From: Sminthopsis crassicaudata
Lineage: Eukaryota
DNA length: 64,000 nt
Direction: 5' to 3'
NCBI RefSeq assembly: GCF_048593235.1
Contig: NC_133617.1
Span: forward strand, 18,853,607 to 18,917,606
Part shown: positions 61,060 through 64,000 of the stretch, piece by piece
Numbering within the stretch: the stretch's first letter is position 1
How the letters are laid out: every line of letters begins with the position of its first letter
The notes under the pieces: generated by a model
Databases searched by the model: none
Told to the model about the DNA's origin: nothing
The model's input: the letters and a program-made list of their open reading frames with translations, nothing else
Translations under genes and position numbers: made by a program

Positions 61060-62990
61060 TATAGATAGATAGATAGATAACTTTATGTATATATGACAAT
61101 GTATTTTTATGGAGAGACGGATATATTTGTATCTATTTACATATGGCAATGTGTTTATATAGAGAGATATTGTATCTATGTCTATATTTATAAAGAGGTA
61201 GATATTTTTGTATCTATATATGTCAATGTATTTATATAAAGAGGTAGACACATTTGTATCTATTTATATGCAATGTATTTATAGAAGAAATAGATATATT
61301 TATATCTAAATATGTCGATGTATTTATAAAGAGAGGTAGATATATTGTATCTGTTTATATGCAATGTATTTATAGAGAAAAATAGATATATTTGTATCTA
61401 AATATGTCAATGTATTTATAAAGACATGTAAATATATTTGTATCTATTTATATATGTCAATGTATTTCTATAAAGACTTTGATGCATTTATATCTATTTA
61501 TATGCAATGTATTTATAAAGAGAGGTAGATATATTTGTATTCTTTTATATATGAAAATGTGTTTATATAGAGAGATATTATATCTATATATGTCAATATA
61601 TTTATAAAGAGGTAGATATATTTGTATCTATTTATATGCAATGTATTTATAAAGACAAGTAAATATATTTGTATCTATTTATATATGTCAATGTATTTCT
61701 ATAAAGAGAGAGATATATTTGTATCTATATATGTCAATGTACTTCTATAAAGACTTTGATACATTTGTATCTATTTATGTGCAATGTATTTATAAAGAGA
61801 GGTAGATATATTTATATCCTATTATATATGAAAATATGTTTATATAGAGAGATATTGTATCTATATATGTCAATATATTTATAAAGAGTAGCTATATTTG
61901 TATCTATTTATATGCAATGTATTTATAAAGACAAGTAAATATATTTGTATCTATTTATATATGTCAATGTATTTCTATAAAGGGGGAGATACATTTGTGT
62001 CTATATGCAATGTATTTATAAAGAGAGATAGATATATTTGTATCCTTTTATATATGAAAATGTGTTTATATAGAGAGATATTGTATCTATATATGTCAAT
62101 ATATTTATAAAGAGGTAGATATATTTGTATCTATTTATATGTGTCAATGTATTTCTATAAAGAGACAGATATATTTGTATCTATATATGTCAATGTATTT
62201 CTATAAAGACTTTGCTACATTTGTATCTATTTATATGCAATGTATTTATAAAGAGAGGTAGATATATTGTATCTGTTTATATGCAATGTATTTATAGAGA
62301 GAAATAGATATATTTGTATCTAAATATGTCAATGTATTTATAAAGACATGTAAATATATTTGTATCTATTTATATATGTCAATGTACTTCTATAAAGACT
62401 TTGATACATTTGTATCTATTTATATGCAATGTATTTATAAAGAAAGGTAGATATATTTGTATTCTTTTATATATGAAAATGTGTTTATATAGAGATATTA
62501 TATCTATATATGTCAATATATTTATAAAGAGTAGATATATTTGTATCTATTTATATGCAATGTATTTATAAAGACAAGTAAATATATTTGTATCTATTTA
62601 TATATGTCAATGTATTTCTATAAAGAGATAGATATATTTGTATCTATATATGTCAATGTACTTCTATAAAGACTTTGATACATTTGTATCTATTTATATG
62701 CAATTTATTTATAAAGAGAGGTAGATATATTTATATCCTATTATATATGAAAATGTATTTATATAGAGAGATATTGTATCTATATATGTCAATATATTTA
62801 TAAAGAGTAGATATATTTGTATCTATTTATATGCAATGTATTTATAAAGACATGTAAATATATTTGTATCTATTTATATATGTCAATGTATTTCTATAAA
62901 GAGGGAGATACATTTGTGTCTATTTACATATGAATGTAATTATAAAGAGAGGTAGATATAGTTGTATCTATACATGGCAATGTATTCATA
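61060..62990. repeat. AT-rich compound minisatellite with higher-order structure
   Basis: Units like tatatttgtatctatttatatgcaatgtatttataaagagaggtaga; marker gactttgat recurs about 275 bp apart. Confidence 0.9.
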
Positions 62991-63695
62991 GAGAATTGTA
63001 CACATATTTATATCTATTTATAGCAAGTAATCTCTTTATATATGTGTGTATATGTATTTGTGAGTATATAAAGTGATATGTGTGTATATACACATATATA
63101 TGCACAGATTTATATATAGAAATGCATATGTGTATATATGTATGCATGAGTATATAAACTTGTGTGTATGTATAAGCACATTCATGCAGACATATATTTA
63201 TAGTGTAGGTGTACACCTGTATGTTTATGTATATATACATATACATTTATTCATATAAATATATTTATATATATTTATAAATATGAATATATATTTATTC
63301 ATATAAATACATTGCTATACATATGTAAATATATAAAATTATCTATGTAAATGCATATACATACACACATAATTATATATAAATATATTGCAATATATCT
63401 ATTTGTATACATATATCTCTCTATAAATACATATCTACATACATGTGTATATACATACATAAATGCANNNNNNNNNNNNNNNNNNNNNNNNNNNNNNNNN
63501 NNNNNNNNNNNNNNNNNNNNNNNNNNNNNNNNNNNNNNNNNNNNNNNNNNNNNNNNNNNNNNNNNNNNNNNNNNNNNNNNNNNNNNNNNNNNNNNNNNNN
63601 NNNNNNNNNNNNNNNNNNNNNNNNNNNNNNNNNNNNNNNCACACACAGGGAAGGGTTAGCACTCAGGTCTAGTAATGAGGGAGCACACTCTCTAC

Positions 63696-63799
63696 CTTTC
63701 TAATGAATGCAGGAAGTCGGTCATGCAGGTCCTGAACAGGGCGTCTGCTACGTTCAAGGCTCCACAGACCACCCCAAGCATGATGTCAGGTTTCTCAGC
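63696..63799 (-). CDS. ACACB: ACACB window exon 1/39 (AEKPDIMLG...HSLE R), BT region
   Basis: ctcctag acceptor, AG|gtagag donor, 104 nt; not annotated as an ACC peptide in the ORF track. Confidence 0.93.
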
Positions 63800-64000
63800 C
63801 TAGGAGAGAACGACTTTTCAGTGTTCTGCAGGAAGGGCTCACCAGATCATAAGAGCTGGGCAATGAGAGGGGGTCTCGGTGGCTGGGAGTCCAGCCCCTC
63901 CATGGAAGGATTATACATCTAACCTCCCCAACAAGTGACGGGCAGCCAGCCTCTGCTTGGGGACCAGCAGGAATGGGGAGCTCACCACCTCTCCAGGATT

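Larger units (their letters stand above)
2892..63799 (-). other. ACACB: ACACB gene body (5'-partial), 39 coding exons in window
   Basis: Spliced exons give an uninterrupted 1692-aa ORF from [15 protein letters not shown] to [16 protein letters not shown]2-type segments ([28 protein letters not shown]; C-terminus ESPAST) distinguish it from ACACA. Confidence 0.97.

Noticed and set aside
2892-63799. ACACA identity or a pseudogene
   Set aside because: Paralog-specific ACC2 segments are present, and all 39 exons splice in frame without stops

Overview
Vertebrate genomic DNA, most likely a marsupial and probably a dasyuromorph, inferred from WSINE1/Mar1-type CORE-SINEs, marsupial-type L1 3' ends and an OC1-like hAT MITE. 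Almost the whole window is the 3' two-thirds of ACACB (acetyl-CoA carboxylase 2) on the minus strand. I traced 39 coding exons by hand from 63799 to the TGA at 2892-2894. They total 5079 nt (1692 aa plus stop) with all splice phases compatible, and cover the BT, biotin-carrier (EMEVMKM), central and carboxyltransferase domains. The 5' exons lie beyond the right edge. Two introns use GC-AG donors, and the normally invariant GSFGP motif reads GSFGQ. The introns hold two solo LTRs (4-bp and 6-bp TSDs), a hAT MITE with a perfect 8-bp TSD, and several L1 3' ends with TSDs. They also hold an L1 nested in inverted orientation inside another L1, a perfect 40-bp AT palindrome within a roughly 0.9-kb tandem duplication, several minisatellites and five N gaps. 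I found no convincing undescribed gene system; the findings are structural, splicing and transposon observations of modest to moderate interest. Repeat family names come from recalled consensus sequences, not from a database search.
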